Below, piece by piece: positions 10,124 through 20,633 of a stretch of 64,000 nucleotides of DNA. A program made the position numbers and the translations under genes. The stretch is taken from assembly GCA_963806225.1 (NCBI GenBank), contig CAWDXG010000001.1, positions 1,728,001 to 1,792,000 on the forward strand. Direction: 5' to 3'. This DNA is from an uncultured delta proteobacterium (GTDB taxonomy: Bacteria; Myxococcota_A; Polyangia; Polyangiales; Polyangiaceae). How positions within the stretch are numbered: position 1 is the stretch's first letter; each line of letters starts with the position of its first letter. Under the pieces are notes generated by a model that was not told the DNA's origin, did no database searches, and was given only the letters and a program-made list of their open reading frames with translations.

Positions 10124-10795
10124 CTATTCGGGCTTCTCGACCACGTAGAACACGAACGGCCACAGCGGCACGCCGAAGTGCTTTTCCGTGACCACACGGG
10201 CTCCGGCCTCGCGGAGCGCAGGCAGCGTGGACACCGCACGGCATCCCATGCTGAGCCACGGGATGCGCCAGACCACGTTCTCCACCGCCGACGCCACCCA
10301 GCGCACGACACCGCTCTGGGGCTCTGTCGAGTGGGCGACGGCGAGGCGAGCGCCACGCTTGAGCACGCGGTACAGTTCCAGCACTCCAGCGGCCGGGTCG
10401 TACAGAGGGCACACGCTGTACGTCGAGAGCACCGCGTCGAAGCTCTCGTCGTCGAACGGGAGCTTGAGCATGTCGCCCTCCACGAACTCCATGCGATCGA
10501 CCAGGCCGGCCTCCTCCGCCTTGCGCTTCGCCTCATCGAGCATGCCCAGACTGAGATCGAGGACAACGACGTGCCCCTTCGGCCCTGTCGCCCGCGCCGC
10601 GCGGAGCGCGGTGGACCCGGTGCCGCCGCCGGCGTCGAGCACTCGATCCCCGGAGTGCACGCCGTGCGTGACGACAAGCTCGCGGCCCCGGTCGTCGGAT
10701 TTGAGCGTCTCGAGGCTGTGTTGCAGGTCGTAGACGCGCGCTTTGCGATCGTACAGGGACTTCACGCGTGCCGGATCGAGCGCGGCTTTCGTCAT
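10124..10795 (-). CDS. Class I SAM-dependent methyltransferase (UbiE-like)
   Basis: VLDAGGGTG motif I, LDLSLGML, EGDMLKLPFDDESFDAV, RVLKRG. Confidence 0.9.
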   Translation of the reverse strand: MTKAALDPARVKSLYDRKARVYDLQHSLETLKSDDRGRELVVTHGVHSGDRVLDAGGGTGSTALRAARATGPKGHVVVLDLSLGMLDEAKRKAEEAGLVDRMEFVEGDMLKLPFDDESFDAVLSTYSVCPLYDPAAGVLELYRVLKRGARLAVAHSTEPQSGVVRWVASAVENVVWRIPWLSMGCRAVSTLPALREAGARVVTEKHFGVPLWPFVFYVVEKPE

Positions 10796-11039
10796 GGCAG
10801 ACCTCCACTGCGATCTTCGGTTCTTCGCGCCCACAGCCCCATGACGCCGGTCAGCTTGGCACGGCGCGGACGGCGCTCCCCGCCGCGGCGACCCGGGAGT
10901 TCCCCATGAAATAGTGCAGGCGTCGCGCCGCTGTGGGCGTTATGCTGGGAGTTCGCGTCAGGCATGTGCTGCCCGGCGTCGGATGATGGGCCGGCGGGCC
11001 CCGGGAGGGCTTGTGACTTCACTTGGATCGCGGGTTTCG

Positions 11040-12197
11040 ATGGCGCTGGTGCTGGCCGGCGGCGTAGCGGTCGCCTGCGGCGGCAGCGTCACGACGGGCG
11101 GCGTCGGCGGCACGGGCGGTCAGGGCGCCACCGGCGGCCATGCCGGATACCCCGGCACGGGCGGCGTCGGCGGCTACGCCGGATACCCCGGCACGGGCGG
11201 CGTCGGCGGCTACGGCGGAAGCAACTGCGCGTCGGATCACTCGTCGTGCGTCCTGCCTCCGCCACCCAGCTCCAAGCCGCCGAACACGAGTGGAACCAAG
11301 ACGGTGATTGCGATCAGCAAGCTCTTCCTGGGCGAGACCAACCAGCAGGGGCAGCCCGACCCGACCGCCTGGAAGTCCATCGGCTACAACCTCGATGGTC
11401 TGGTCTCGAAACCCTCGGACACGAACCACTGCATGCCCGTTGTCGGCGCCAATCCACAGGACGTGAAGACCGACGGCAACGGCGGCATCGACAACTCGTA
11501 CGGCGAGAACCTGCTTCCCCTGATCACGTCCCTGTCTCCCGATCCCTCTGCGACGACAAACCAGTCGATCGCCAGCGGCGCTCTTACCGATCTGTTCAGG
11601 CTGGACAATCTCACGCTCGCTCCGGACCAGAATGGCGTCTCCGGCGCGCTCTACGGCGGCGCGAACAAGGGCTCGCCCGCTCTCTTCAACGGCACGGACG
11701 TGTGGCCCGTCACGTACGAGTCGGTGACGAACGGCAACATCAACGCGCCCAGGGTGACCTTCCCCAAGAGCTACGTCGTCAACAACGTCTGGGTGTCCGG
11801 CACGAAGGCGAGTATTGTTCTCCCGCTCGGGTTGCTGGGCGGGGACGTGCAGACGCGGATCACGCGCGCCATCGTCAGCATGCAGCTCAAGGGAGTCGGG
11901 ACGAACGCCATCGCCGTCCACGGCACCATCGCCGGCATCATCAACACGGAAGCGTTCATCGCCCAGCTCAAGAAGGTCGCTGGCTCGTTCGACTCGAGCC
12001 TGTGCAGCGGGGCCACGTTCGACAGCATCGCCCAGCAGATCCGCGCGGCCAGCGACATCATGTCCGACGGAAGCAACGGCGACCCGAGCAAGACCTGCGA
12101 CGCGATCAGCGTGGGGATCGGCTTCGACGGCTCGGGAGTATCGCTGGGCAAGGTGGCAGCGCCGGCTACCCCTCTGCCGGATCCATGCGCGCCGTGA
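11040..12197 (+). CDS. Hypothetical myxobacterial lipoprotein
   Basis: AVAC lipobox, duplicated GYPGTGGVGG linker, GYNLDG...DGNGGIDNS motif, C-terminal CDAISVGIGF. Confidence 0.8.
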   Translation: MALVLAGGVAVACGGSVTTGGVGGTGGQGATGGHAGYPGTGGVGGYAGYPGTGGVGGYGGSNCASDHSSCVLPPPPSSKPPNTSGTKTVIAISKLFLGETNQQGQPDPTAWKSIGYNLDGLVSKPSDTNHCMPVVGANPQDVKTDGNGGIDNSYGENLLPLITSLSPDPSATTNQSIASGALTDLFRLDNLTLAPDQNGVSGALYGGANKGSPALFNGTDVWPVTYESVTNGNINAPRVTFPKSYVVNNVWVSGTKASIVLPLGLLGGDVQTRITRAIVSMQLKGVGTNAIAVHGTIAGIINTEAFIAQLKKVAGSFDSSLCSGATFDSIAQQIRAASDIMSDGSNGDPSKTCDAISVGIGFDGSGVSLGKVAAPATPLPDPCAP

Positions 12198-12384
12198 GCG
12201 CGCTCACCGTCTCGCATTCGTAGGGCGGCTCGCCGGCGGTGGCAGGCCCGGCCTGGGCCGCACGACGCCGTGCGCGCGGGTCACACCTCGTGTAGCCAGG
12301 GCAGCACAGCCAGACGCCCCGGGTTGGAACCTGGTACATTTCCGCGTTGTTCCTCATGGCACGCTGCTTGCTGGGTGAGGGTGC

Positions 12385-13089
12385 ATGCCTTGCTTCCGCG
12401 CCCGCCATGCCGCCGGCGCTGCCATGGTGCTTGCGCTGTGCGGCGGATCGCGGGCGGCGCTCGCAGAGCCCACGCTCTCGCCCGACGAGCTGCCGCCTCC
12501 TGGCGAGTACACTCCGCTACCGGGCAAGAGCGACGAGCCGGATGTGCGGATCCATCTGTCGCCTCGCCAGCCCGGGCTGTCGTACAGGGTCATCCCCGAG
12601 CGCGAGCAGAGCGAGGGGTCGCCCGACCGCTGCGAGGGCTCCTGCACGCTGTACCTGGCACCCGGCGACTACACCTTCGAGGTCTTCGACCACGGACGCC
12701 GCGTCGGCACCCAGATGGTGAGCGTGAAGTACGACGCCAATTGGTGGGTGAAACCCCAGAACCGCGCGCTCGAGTGGTTCGGACTGGGCTCGTTCGTCGT
12801 CGGCTCGGCGGCAGCTGGCGCGGGCGTGTTCCTGATGGGGCAAGGTGTGATGGACTCGATGTGCGAGGACAGCTCCTGCGCGACCCATCAGAACGACTTC
12901 GCGATCGGATTCGGACTGGGGATTGCCGGCGCGGTGTTGATGCCGGTCGGCTGGCACCTGTTCTGGCCCAACCGCCAGCCGATCGTCGGGGTGCACAAGG
13001 TCGACAAGACGGGCTGGACCCACCGGGTGCGCGTCGGCGCCGCGCCGACGGACGGGGGCGCGCGCTTCGCTCTGGGCTGGACGTTCTGA
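12385..13089 (+). CDS. Hypothetical secreted/membrane protein
   Basis: Signal peptide, CEGSC.LYLAPGDY (PEGA-like), two hydrophobic helices, C-terminal aromatic GWTF. Confidence 0.7.
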   Translation: MPCFRARHAAGAAMVLALCGGSRAALAEPTLSPDELPPPGEYTPLPGKSDEPDVRIHLSPRQPGLSYRVIPEREQSEGSPDRCEGSCTLYLAPGDYTFEVFDHGRRVGTQMVSVKYDANWWVKPQNRALEWFGLGSFVVGSAAAGAGVFLMGQGVMDSMCEDSSCATHQNDFAIGFGLGIAGAVLMPVGWHLFWPNRQPIVGVHKVDKTGWTHRVRVGAAPTDGGARFALGWTF

Positions 13090-13662
13090 GCCACCCGGCG
13101 CCGCCATCGACTGGCGCTTCCACAAGAACTGGTCGCTCCGCACCGAAGCCGGCAACGCCAGCACCGCCCTCCACCTGCTCTGGCACTATCGGTACTAGAG
13201 TTGCCCACTCGCGCTGCGCCGAGCGCCTAACGGCGCGTCAGTTCGACGGCTTCGTTGCGACGCGACGGGTGGCGATGATGATCAGCACCACATCGTCGCG
13301 CCACAACGTGTGCTGGTGCTCGAGGTCCACACTGAAAACCCGCGCCTCGGGGATCGCTAGAATTCCCGGATCACGGTGAGGCCGGCGCCGGTAGGTCCCG
13401 CGCTCGGGGTCAGCGCGGTGCGTTCGCTCGAGTGGCTGCTCAGGACGAGGGCCAGGCATCATCGGGGGGTGGCGTCGCGCATGCGCGAGTGGGCAGCATG
13501 CCTGTGGTGTTCACGGTCGCCGCGCTCGCCGCACCAGGCGAGCGCCGCCGCACGGTCCGGCGCACCGCGGGAACGCGGATGCCCGCCGACGACTGAAGGC
13601 GAACCGACGGATGTCACCCATGGTGCTACCCGCGATGACTTTGCGTGGTTAGGGTGATCCGT

Positions 13663-15430
13663 ATGAATCGCCGCACTCTCGTGGTCGGCTTCATAGGGGT
13701 GTGTTCCGCTCTCGCGTCGGCCTGCAAAGACGCCGGAGGCGGGGCGGGTGTTGGCGGAGCAGCGGGCAGCGGTGGCGCCACTCCCGATGCAGGCACCCCG
13801 GCGTGCACGCCGCTCGCGTGTCAGCCCGACACTTCGGTCGAACCCCCAGCTGGCGGAAACTACCGGAGCTTCAGCTACGCCGCCGGCGTGAGTGTCGGAG
13901 CGGTGGCGCTGTCAAACAACGGGCGGCGCATCGTCGTTGGAGACCAAGCTGGGCGTGTGCAGATGTTCGCGCACGACGGCGGCGGCACCCCGCTTTGGAC
14001 GTTCACGGCCGGGGACCCGCAGGCACAGTTCAACAGCGTGTCCATTTCCGCGTGATGGCACCACCACCGCCGCCACCGATGGCCTCACGTCCATCCACTT
14101 GTTCACCTGCGACAGCGGCACGCCCACCTGGACGTTCGATTCGCACGACGATACGGACGACTTCGTCGCCGTCGACGTCTCGAACGACGGCTGCCGCGTG
14201 GCCGCGGTCAGCAAGCGCAAGGTGTACCTGTTCGACCGGAGCAACTCGACGCCCGTCTCGGTGTACACCCCGAACGTCACCCAAGGCGGCTGGCTCACGA
14301 CGGTGGCCGTCTCGGGAAACGGCAGCCGCGTCGCGGCCGGCACGTGGATCACCGACAAGAGCGGAGCACAGATGTTCGTGTACGACGACCAGAACGAGCT
14401 CGGCACGTTCTCCACACCGTATGCGTTCCAGAGCTCCAACGCCGTGGCGATGCCTATCGCGATCTCCAACGACGGCAGCGTGATCGCCGCGGGTGGAGCC
14501 GACAAGAAGGTGCACTTCTTCTCCGGCTCGTTCACGCCCACGTGGAGCTACGACGCGGGCAGCGCCGAAGGCTCGGTGTGGTCCCTCGCCCTATCGGACG
14601 ATGGCAAGAAGCTGTTCGCCGCGAGCGGCCAGGACAGTGCCGCGATGTTCGAGGACACGACGACAAACACGCCCAGTTGGACCTACAACGGCAACTACGC
14701 GTCGCCTCATGCAACCGGCATCGGCTTGGTCGACCCCTACCAGGGCGGCTCGAACGCAGAAGGCGATTTCGGCATCGGCGCCTATCCCGGTACCGTCGCC
14801 CTCTCGGCGGATGGCAAGTACGCGATTGCCGGCGCCTGGAACAGCGGGAACCTGTTCGGAATGTACGGCAAGAAGAGCCGTCCCTTCCGCGTGTATCGCA
14901 CGACCAGCGACACGGATTCCATCAACGTGGCCGCCATCAGCGGAGATGGTTCGTGGATCGTCGCGGGGACCACCTTCGGCGAGGTGCTCGCGTGGGAGGT
15001 GGCGCCTGCGGTGATGATCGAGATCGGAACGCCGGTAACGGTGAACATCCCTTCCAACCCGGATGCCGGCGCGACGCTGGGACTCGGCGACGTGGACTTC
15101 GAGCGTACGCTGGTGAAGCCAGGGCGCGCGGCGAAGATGAAAGAGACCTGGGCGCTGTGGGCCGTCGTGGGCGGGGTACCGGTGCCACCGGAGGCTTCCT
15201 GGCTCGTCAGCTCTGGTGACTTCCAGCAGACCCACACCCGGGATCTTCCGAACGGCAACGTGGACGAGACCACGTCCGAGACAATGAAAACGCCTCAGGT
15301 GTGGCAGTCGGCGGTCTCGGCGATCACCGGCTTCATCCTGCGCGTATCCCTGGAGGACGACGGCAGCTCCAAGCTGACCAGTGACGAAGGCGCAGGCTTC
15401 GTCGACATCCAGGTCGGCGGCGGGCCCTGA
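13663..15430 (+). pseudogene. WD40/beta-propeller lipoprotein split by a single-base frameshift at ~14050
   Basis: ORF 13663-14055 (ASAC lipobox, VALSNNGRRIVVG) continues in the other frame as S-x-DG repeats (VSNDG, VSGNG, ISNDG, LSDDG, LSADG, ISGDG); may be a sequencing error. Confidence 0.75.
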
Positions 15431-15668
15431 GCGTCGCCGTTCGTCTTCTTCCGGCCTCGTCGGATTGCATTCGTCACCAGGCGCAGGGGAACACGATGTC
15501 CGCAGACGACGTGAGCTTGCACTCGGGGGTCGTCATGCCCGAGCCATTCGCTTCGCACAGCTTCGTCGAGCCCCCGCTGGCCGCGCTCAAGCGGCTGCAG
15601 GGAGCGGTCGCGTTCCCGCAGCCGTTCGGCACAGCAACGCAGCGCTCCTCGCATGGGGTCAGGCGCCG

Positions 15669-16091
15669 TCAGGGCGACGGCTGCAGCTTGATCGTTACCG
15701 GCGTCTCCAGCGCGTGTCCGCAGCTGTCCGTCTGGTAGTGGTTCGAAAGCTGCTGGTCCACCGCGACGTAGCCTGTGCGCTCGATGTGGATCGTGGTGGT
15801 CGACCCGACCGTGCCAATGGGCGCGCGGTAGTAGCAATCGCCCTGCTTGGAATACGCGGAAGCCTGCGTGCCGCCTTCGCTCACCGTCGCATCGCAGATC
15901 AGCGCGCCGGTCGAGGCGTCCCGCACGCGGATCACGTACTCCGGCACGACGTACTCCGAAGTACAGCTCTTGATCGCGCACCCCTCGAGCGACGCGCACG
16001 AGCCCGCCAGCGCGACGACGCCGAAAACCAGCACTGTCCACCGCGCCCGGCGCCAAGCGGCCCTCGACTTCACATCCACCCCGAGCGTCAT
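15669..16091 (-). CDS. Hypothetical lipoprotein with carboxypeptidase-regulatory/PEGA-like beta-sandwich
   Basis: LAGSC lipobox-like site; IRVRDASTGALICDATV...IERTGY. Confidence 0.6.
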   Translation of the reverse strand: MTLGVDVKSRAAWRRARWTVLVFGVVALAGSCASLEGCAIKSCTSEYVVPEYVIRVRDASTGALICDATVSEGGTQASAYSKQGDCYYRAPIGTVGSTTTIHIERTGYVAVDQQLSNHYQTDSCGHALETPVTIKLQPSP

Positions 16092-16439
16092 TCGCCGGAC
16101 CGCCACGCGCCTTGCGCCAAGCATACATCGAGTGTGACGCAGCGGCGGCGGTGGAACAAGTGGAAAGGGCGCAGCCGACCGCGAGCGCTACGATTCCCTG
16201 TGGAAGGAGCCGTGCCGCTACTCGTTCAACTTTGTATGGTGTCAAGGCCAAGGGGGTCGACTACGGGTACCCACGGGCACGTACTATCTCGCGAACACGA
16301 CGTGAGGTCCTGCCTTCCACGAGCTCGACTCCAATGGACAGGGCTCCGCGATCACCAACTACTGGCGTGACGCCCAGGGACACCACTTCGCGGCGTACGT
16401 CCGGGGCCGGAGCTCCGGTGGCCGCCGGGGCGCAATCCG

Positions 16440-17186
16440 TCAGATCACGGCGCCGATGTCGAGCGTCAGCATTCCGAAGAACCCGCTCGTCGCGTCGTTG
16501 GTGTCGGGCATGAGATCGGGCTGGAGCGTCGTGGCGCTCTGGTCCGTTACGATGTTGTACCCGGCCAGGGCACCTAGACCCAGCAGGAAGCCATTGCCGA
16601 AGACCCAGCGATAGCCGCCTTCGGCGCCCAGGACGAGGTGGGAGCTATCGTACTTGTACGAGTTGCCCGCCTGTTCCTCCCACTTCCCATACAGTGCCAC
16701 GCCGCCGATGTAGCCTCCGCGCAGGTTGCCGTCTGTGCCGAAGTAGTAGCGGAGGCCGGGGCCCGCGAAGGCCGAGAAGTTCAGCTTGTCGGGGGAGGCT
16801 ACGACGTAGGACAGCGCGCCGCTGTTGAGGAACAGCACACGGGCATTGAACGCGACGTGGCTGCCGTACTCGAAGGTTGGTGACAGCCCGAACTGAAGCA
16901 CGCCCAGCGCATTGACGAACAACCCGACGTGCGCATCGCGCGCCCCGACGTCCTCGCCGCCCGAGCCCGCGCCAGCGGCAGAGTTGGCGGCCGTAGGGGT
17001 CTGTGTCAGCTCGGAGCTATAGGTCGCCGGCGGAGCCGCAGCTGGCGCAGCAGGGGCGGGGGCTGGCGCGGCAGGGGCCGGGGCTGGCGCGGCAGGGGGC
17101 GGCGCGGGCGCCGGACCGGGCTGTGCCTGCGCCGTTGCCGCGACAACGAGGGGCAGGACCGACAGCAGAGCGGGGGACCAACGCAT
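16440..17186 (-). CDS. Secreted protein with Pro/Ala linker and probable small outer-membrane beta-barrel
   Basis: Signal AQA; alternating strands GLRYYF, GAEGGYRWVF, LDIGAVI. Confidence 0.7.
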   Translation of the reverse strand: MRWSPALLSVLPLVVAATAQAQPGPAPAPPPAAPAPAPAAPAPAPAAPAAAPPATYSSELTQTPTAANSAAGAGSGGEDVGARDAHVGLFVNALGVLQFGLSPTFEYGSHVAFNARVLFLNSGALSYVVASPDKLNFSAFAGPGLRYYFGTDGNLRGGYIGGVALYGKWEEQAGNSYKYDSSHLVLGAEGGYRWVFGNGFLLGLGALAGYNIVTDQSATTLQPDLMPDTNDATSGFFGMLTLDIGAVI

Positions 17187-17378
17187 CGTTTTCTCCCTCC
17201 CGAGCACCATTGATGGAGATCAGAGCCAACCCCGTGATGGCTGCAACCTCTTGCCTCCAGCCTGGCACCGCAGTCAATAGTCAAATCGTCGAACGTTCGA
17301 GCTGTCCGTGGGTGAGCCCATCGCGCGCTTGCGCTGCGTGAGCAACAGCCGAGTGCGCGCGACGACGGGGCGCGCGAG

Positions 17379-17576
17379 CTAGCGACAACGAACGACGAGC
17401 TCTTCAAGCTAGTGCACGTCGAGCTTGTCGTAGATGGACCGGATCTGGTTTCGCACCGTGTTTATGAAGGTGCCGCGCTCCCTGGCAATGTCAGTGGGCC
17501 GTGCACCACGGATCAGACTTCGCGCGACGCGCCGCTCGGCCGCCGTGATCGTTCCAGCCAGCGCCTTCTGCTCCGA
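17379..17576 (-). pseudogene. LuxR-type HTH remnant with an internal TAG
   Basis: ITAAERRVARSLIRGARPTDIARERGTFINTVRNQIRSIYDKLDVH*LEELV; stop at 17409-17411; absent from the ORF track. Confidence 0.8.
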
Positions 17577-17669
17577 TCACGCGCCCAGCTCGGCCCACTC
17601 GCTGCTAGGCCGATCGCGCTAGATCGGGAGGCGTTGCAGGGTCGGGCCGCGGAGCGGTACCATCGCAGG

Positions 17670-19016
17670 ATGCGCTGGGTATCGTCTTCGACCACCATCG
17701 CCATCACGCTCGTCGCGCTCTTTGCGCTTACGGCATGCGGCAGGAGCAACGGAGCCGCCGGGAGCGGCGGAGCCGCGGGGAGCAGCGGAGCTGCCGGGAG
17801 CGGCGGAGCCGCGGGGAGCGGCGGAGCCGCGGGGAGCAGCGGAGCCGCGGGGAGCAGCGGCGCTGCCGGGAGCGGCGGAGTTGCCGGGAGCGGCGGAGCT
17901 GCCGGGACCGGCGGAGCTGCCGGCACCGGCGGAGCCGCTGGGAGCGGCGGAGCTGCCGGGAGCGGCGGAGCCGCCGGAAGCAGCGGGACGAACCCGTTGA
18001 ACGGACCGCCGGCGGGCTGGGCAAATGGCAACGCAACGATTCCCGCCGCGGGGCAGCCAGAAGACGTGTCGAACCCGACCACCGTGATCGGAACGGGCAC
18101 ACCGGCGAGCTGCACCAGCGCTGCGTTGGTGGCCGCGGTGAAGAAGGGCGGCGTCATCACGTTCAACTGCGGGCCGAACCCGGTCACCATCAAGCTGACG
18201 CAGACGGCCAACGTGTACAACAACGTGTCGAAGGTCGTCATCGACGGCGGCGACAAGGTGACGCTCAGCGGGCAAGGCACACGGCGCATCCTCTACATGG
18301 CCACGTGCAACAACTCGCACGGCGGGTATCCGCCCGGGTCGGGTAACTGCAACACCAACCCCGGCCCCACGCTGGTCGTGCAGAACCTCACGTTCATCGA
18401 CGCCAGCGCCAACGGCATTCCCGAAGGCAACAACAACGGCGCCGGCGGCGGCGCTATCTACGCGCAGGGCGGCAGCCTCAAGGTTGTGCACTGCCGCTTC
18501 TTCAACAACGTGTGCGACGATCTTGGCTCGGACCTGGGAGGCGGCGCTATCCGCAAGCTCGACTATCTGGTGGCGGCTGGCGCCGGTCCGGCGCGCCCCG
18601 TGTGGATCGTCAACAGCACCTTCGGCGGCAAGTCCGGCTACGGCAACCACTGCGCGAACGGCGGCGCGCTGAGCAGCATCGGCGTGTCGTGGAACATCCT
18701 GAACTCGTTGTTCTCGTACAACAATGCGGTCGGCCATGGCGCGAACAGCGGTCAGGGCGGAAACGGCGGCGCCATATACAACGACGGCAACGAGATCGTG
18801 ATGAACCTCGAGAGCAGCCTGATCGAGCACTGCAAGGCAAACGAGGGCGGCAGCGCCGTGTTCTTCGTCAGCAACAACAAGACCGGCACGATCACCATCA
18901 AGGACTCGCTCACGCAGAACAACCCGAAGGGCACCTTCGAGACACCGGGCCTGCCCGGCTTCTACGTCATCGCCAAGGGGCCCGCGAACGTGATCAACTC
19001 CCAGATCCTGCCCTAG
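17670..19016 (+). CDS. Lipoprotein with (GSGGAA)n linker and right-handed beta-helix (pectin-lyase/POMP-like) domain
   Basis: LTAC lipobox; GTPASCT...GGVITFNCG; repeated GGAIY / F..N motifs. Confidence 0.85.
   Translation: MRWVSSSTTIAITLVALFALTACGRSNGAAGSGGAAGSSGAAGSGGAAGSGGAAGSSGAAGSSGAAGSGGVAGSGGAAGTGGAAGTGGAAGSGGAAGSGGAAGSSGTNPLNGPPAGWANGNATIPAAGQPEDVSNPTTVIGTGTPASCTSAALVAAVKKGGVITFNCGPNPVTIKLTQTANVYNNVSKVVIDGGDKVTLSGQGTRRILYMATCNNSHGGYPPGSGNCNTNPGPTLVVQNLTFIDASANGIPEGNNNGAGGGAIYAQGGSLKVVHCRFFNNVCDDLGSDLGGGAIRKLDYLVAAGAGPARPVWIVNSTFGGKSGYGNHCANGGALSSIGVSWNILNSLFSYNNAVGHGANSGQGGNGGAIYNDGNEIVMNLESSLIEHCKANEGGSAVFFVSNNKTGTITIKDSLTQNNPKGTFETPGLPGFYVIAKGPANVINSQILP
17752..17985 (+). repeat. 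18-bp coding tandem repeat encoding the G(S/T)(G/S)GAA linker, about 13 copies
   Basis: Direct reading of gggagcggcggagccgc-type units. Confidence 0.85.
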
Positions 19017-19154
19017 CCGTTGTCTCTGCGGCGCCCGGGAGAGATGCGGCCATGGCCCGGCCGTGACCCGCAGCAAACGCCTTGCGGCGCTCCGCTCGTT
19101 GAGCGCACCGTCTGACGTTGCGACCCCGCGGGGGAACTGAGCGGTGCGGGCCCG

Positions 19155-19630
19155 CTACTTCCGCCAGTAGGTCTCGAGGTAGACCTCCGGCTTCGGGTCG
19201 AGCAGGCCTTGGCCGTGGCGATCGTCGGACCAGCTCACCGCGAAGTTCGTTCCGGTGACGGCGAGCGTCGGGTACTCCGGCGGCAGGCCGATCGAGCCCG
19301 GCGCTTCAAGGTACGGATCAAGCAGCGATCCGAAGTCGGGTGCGGCGACGTTCATCGCCACGCCGATGTGCTGGGCGGTCGTGCTGCACTCGGAGCGCTG
19401 GTCCTCCCAGAACATCGCGAAGCCGTCGGGGTGCGCGGCGATACGCGGGTACTCGCGGCTGCCTTCGTGATCGAAGAGCGCTCTAGGCTTGCCGAGGCGG
19501 TTCCCCTGCGCGTCGAAGCGCACGGCGTAGAGCAGATCGCGTTCCAGGCTCTGGTCACAGGGGCTCTTGGGCGTGACCGCAGCGGCGGTGTCGGTCGCTT
19601 CGTACACGAGCGCAAAGGAGCCGTCTGGCG
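19155..19630 (-). pseudogene. C-terminal remnant of a secreted beta-propeller-like protein
   Basis: PDGSFALVYE...YPRIAAHPDGFAMFWEDQR...FAVSWSDDR; no plausible N-terminus or signal peptide. Confidence 0.6.
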
Positions 19631-20219
19631 GCCGGCGCCGACTGCACCTGCACGGCCGCTGGCGGCCAGTACACCTGCTGGGGCGCCAGCACCTACGTCG
19701 GGCAGGGCGCCAACTACCCGACAGGTGTTCCCGGGCTGGACCACGCGAATGGCCTGGCCATCGGTCGGGATCTTGCCTGCTCGCTCCGCGACAGCCAGGC
19801 GGTGTATTGCTGGGGCGGCGTCAGCCTACGCATCCTGGAGGACAGCACCTCCACCTCCACGCCAGTGCCGCTCGTGCTGTCTCCCTGACCAGCCGCCGCG
19901 CTCGTCCCGGGCCGTAGGCAGGTCGACCCAAGGCGAACCGCAAGAAGACCCGGACGGTCAAGCGGGGAAAGAAATAGCGCGCGTAGGTGCGATGAACGCC
20001 CTGTCTCGATAGCCCCACGTCAGTCTCGCTGTCTCTGCGCTCCGATCAGATCCCCGCCCCCGCGCTCGCGCCACTCAGTTCGGCGGCGACCAGAACTGCG
20101 CGATCCGTTCCGGCGCGTACGACGGGGAGCTCTTCTGCTGGGACGCCAACGAGTACGGCCAGCTCGGCGACGGAACGTTCACTAGCCGGCTCTATTCCGC
20201 GCCCGTCGTGTGGCCCTGA
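19622..20219 (+). pseudogene. RCC1/BLIP-II repeat protein remnant
   Basis: LAAGADCTC...YTCWG, LAIGRDLACSL...VYCWG (stop at 19886-19888), then FGGDQNCAI...LFCWDANEYGQLGDG...VVWP* ending at 20219; absent from the ORF track. Confidence 0.8.
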
Positions 20220-20633
20220 CCCAGCGAAGCGCCCGGGTTCTTCGCAGGCAATGCTGAGTGCGGCGGCCAGACAGGCCGTGACTGTGGAGCAGGATCATCG
20301 GCTCGCCGCTGTGCGCGGCGCGACCTTCGGTCCGCGAGAGGCCGGTATCGGCGCCGGGCGCCATTTGTCCACGAGACTCACGATCGCTTGAGCTCGACGA
20401 TGACCGCGCCAGCATGTTGTCGCGCGCCACAACGTCGGCATCGAACGCTTCGCCCGGCCGCGCCGTCCGGTTCAACAACGCGGACCTGATATCCGCCGCC
20501 GGGCAGATCGGAGGGGCAATGGCGTGCTCCTGCGATCCAGAGTGACGGAATAACGCATCGTGTCGAGCGTAAGGCCATCCGAGCCGGGGGGATAGGCAAG
20601 GCCTGCTCCAATAGGACGGGTATACTGAGCCGG

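Noticed and set aside
9316..10677. 453-aa ORF with ADISADITGYVLRCVALR repeats
   Set aside because: Shadow frame overlapping the methyltransferase and reading through the 72-bp array; no independent sign of coding.
17409..17411. Amber read-through (pyrrolysine) in the LuxR remnant
   Set aside because: No pyl genes are visible, and the fragment also lacks a start and has an upstream stop, so decay is the simpler explanation.
17752..17985. 18-bp tandem repeat as a non-coding element
   Set aside because: It encodes an in-frame Gly/Ser/Ala linker typical of myxobacterial lipoproteins.
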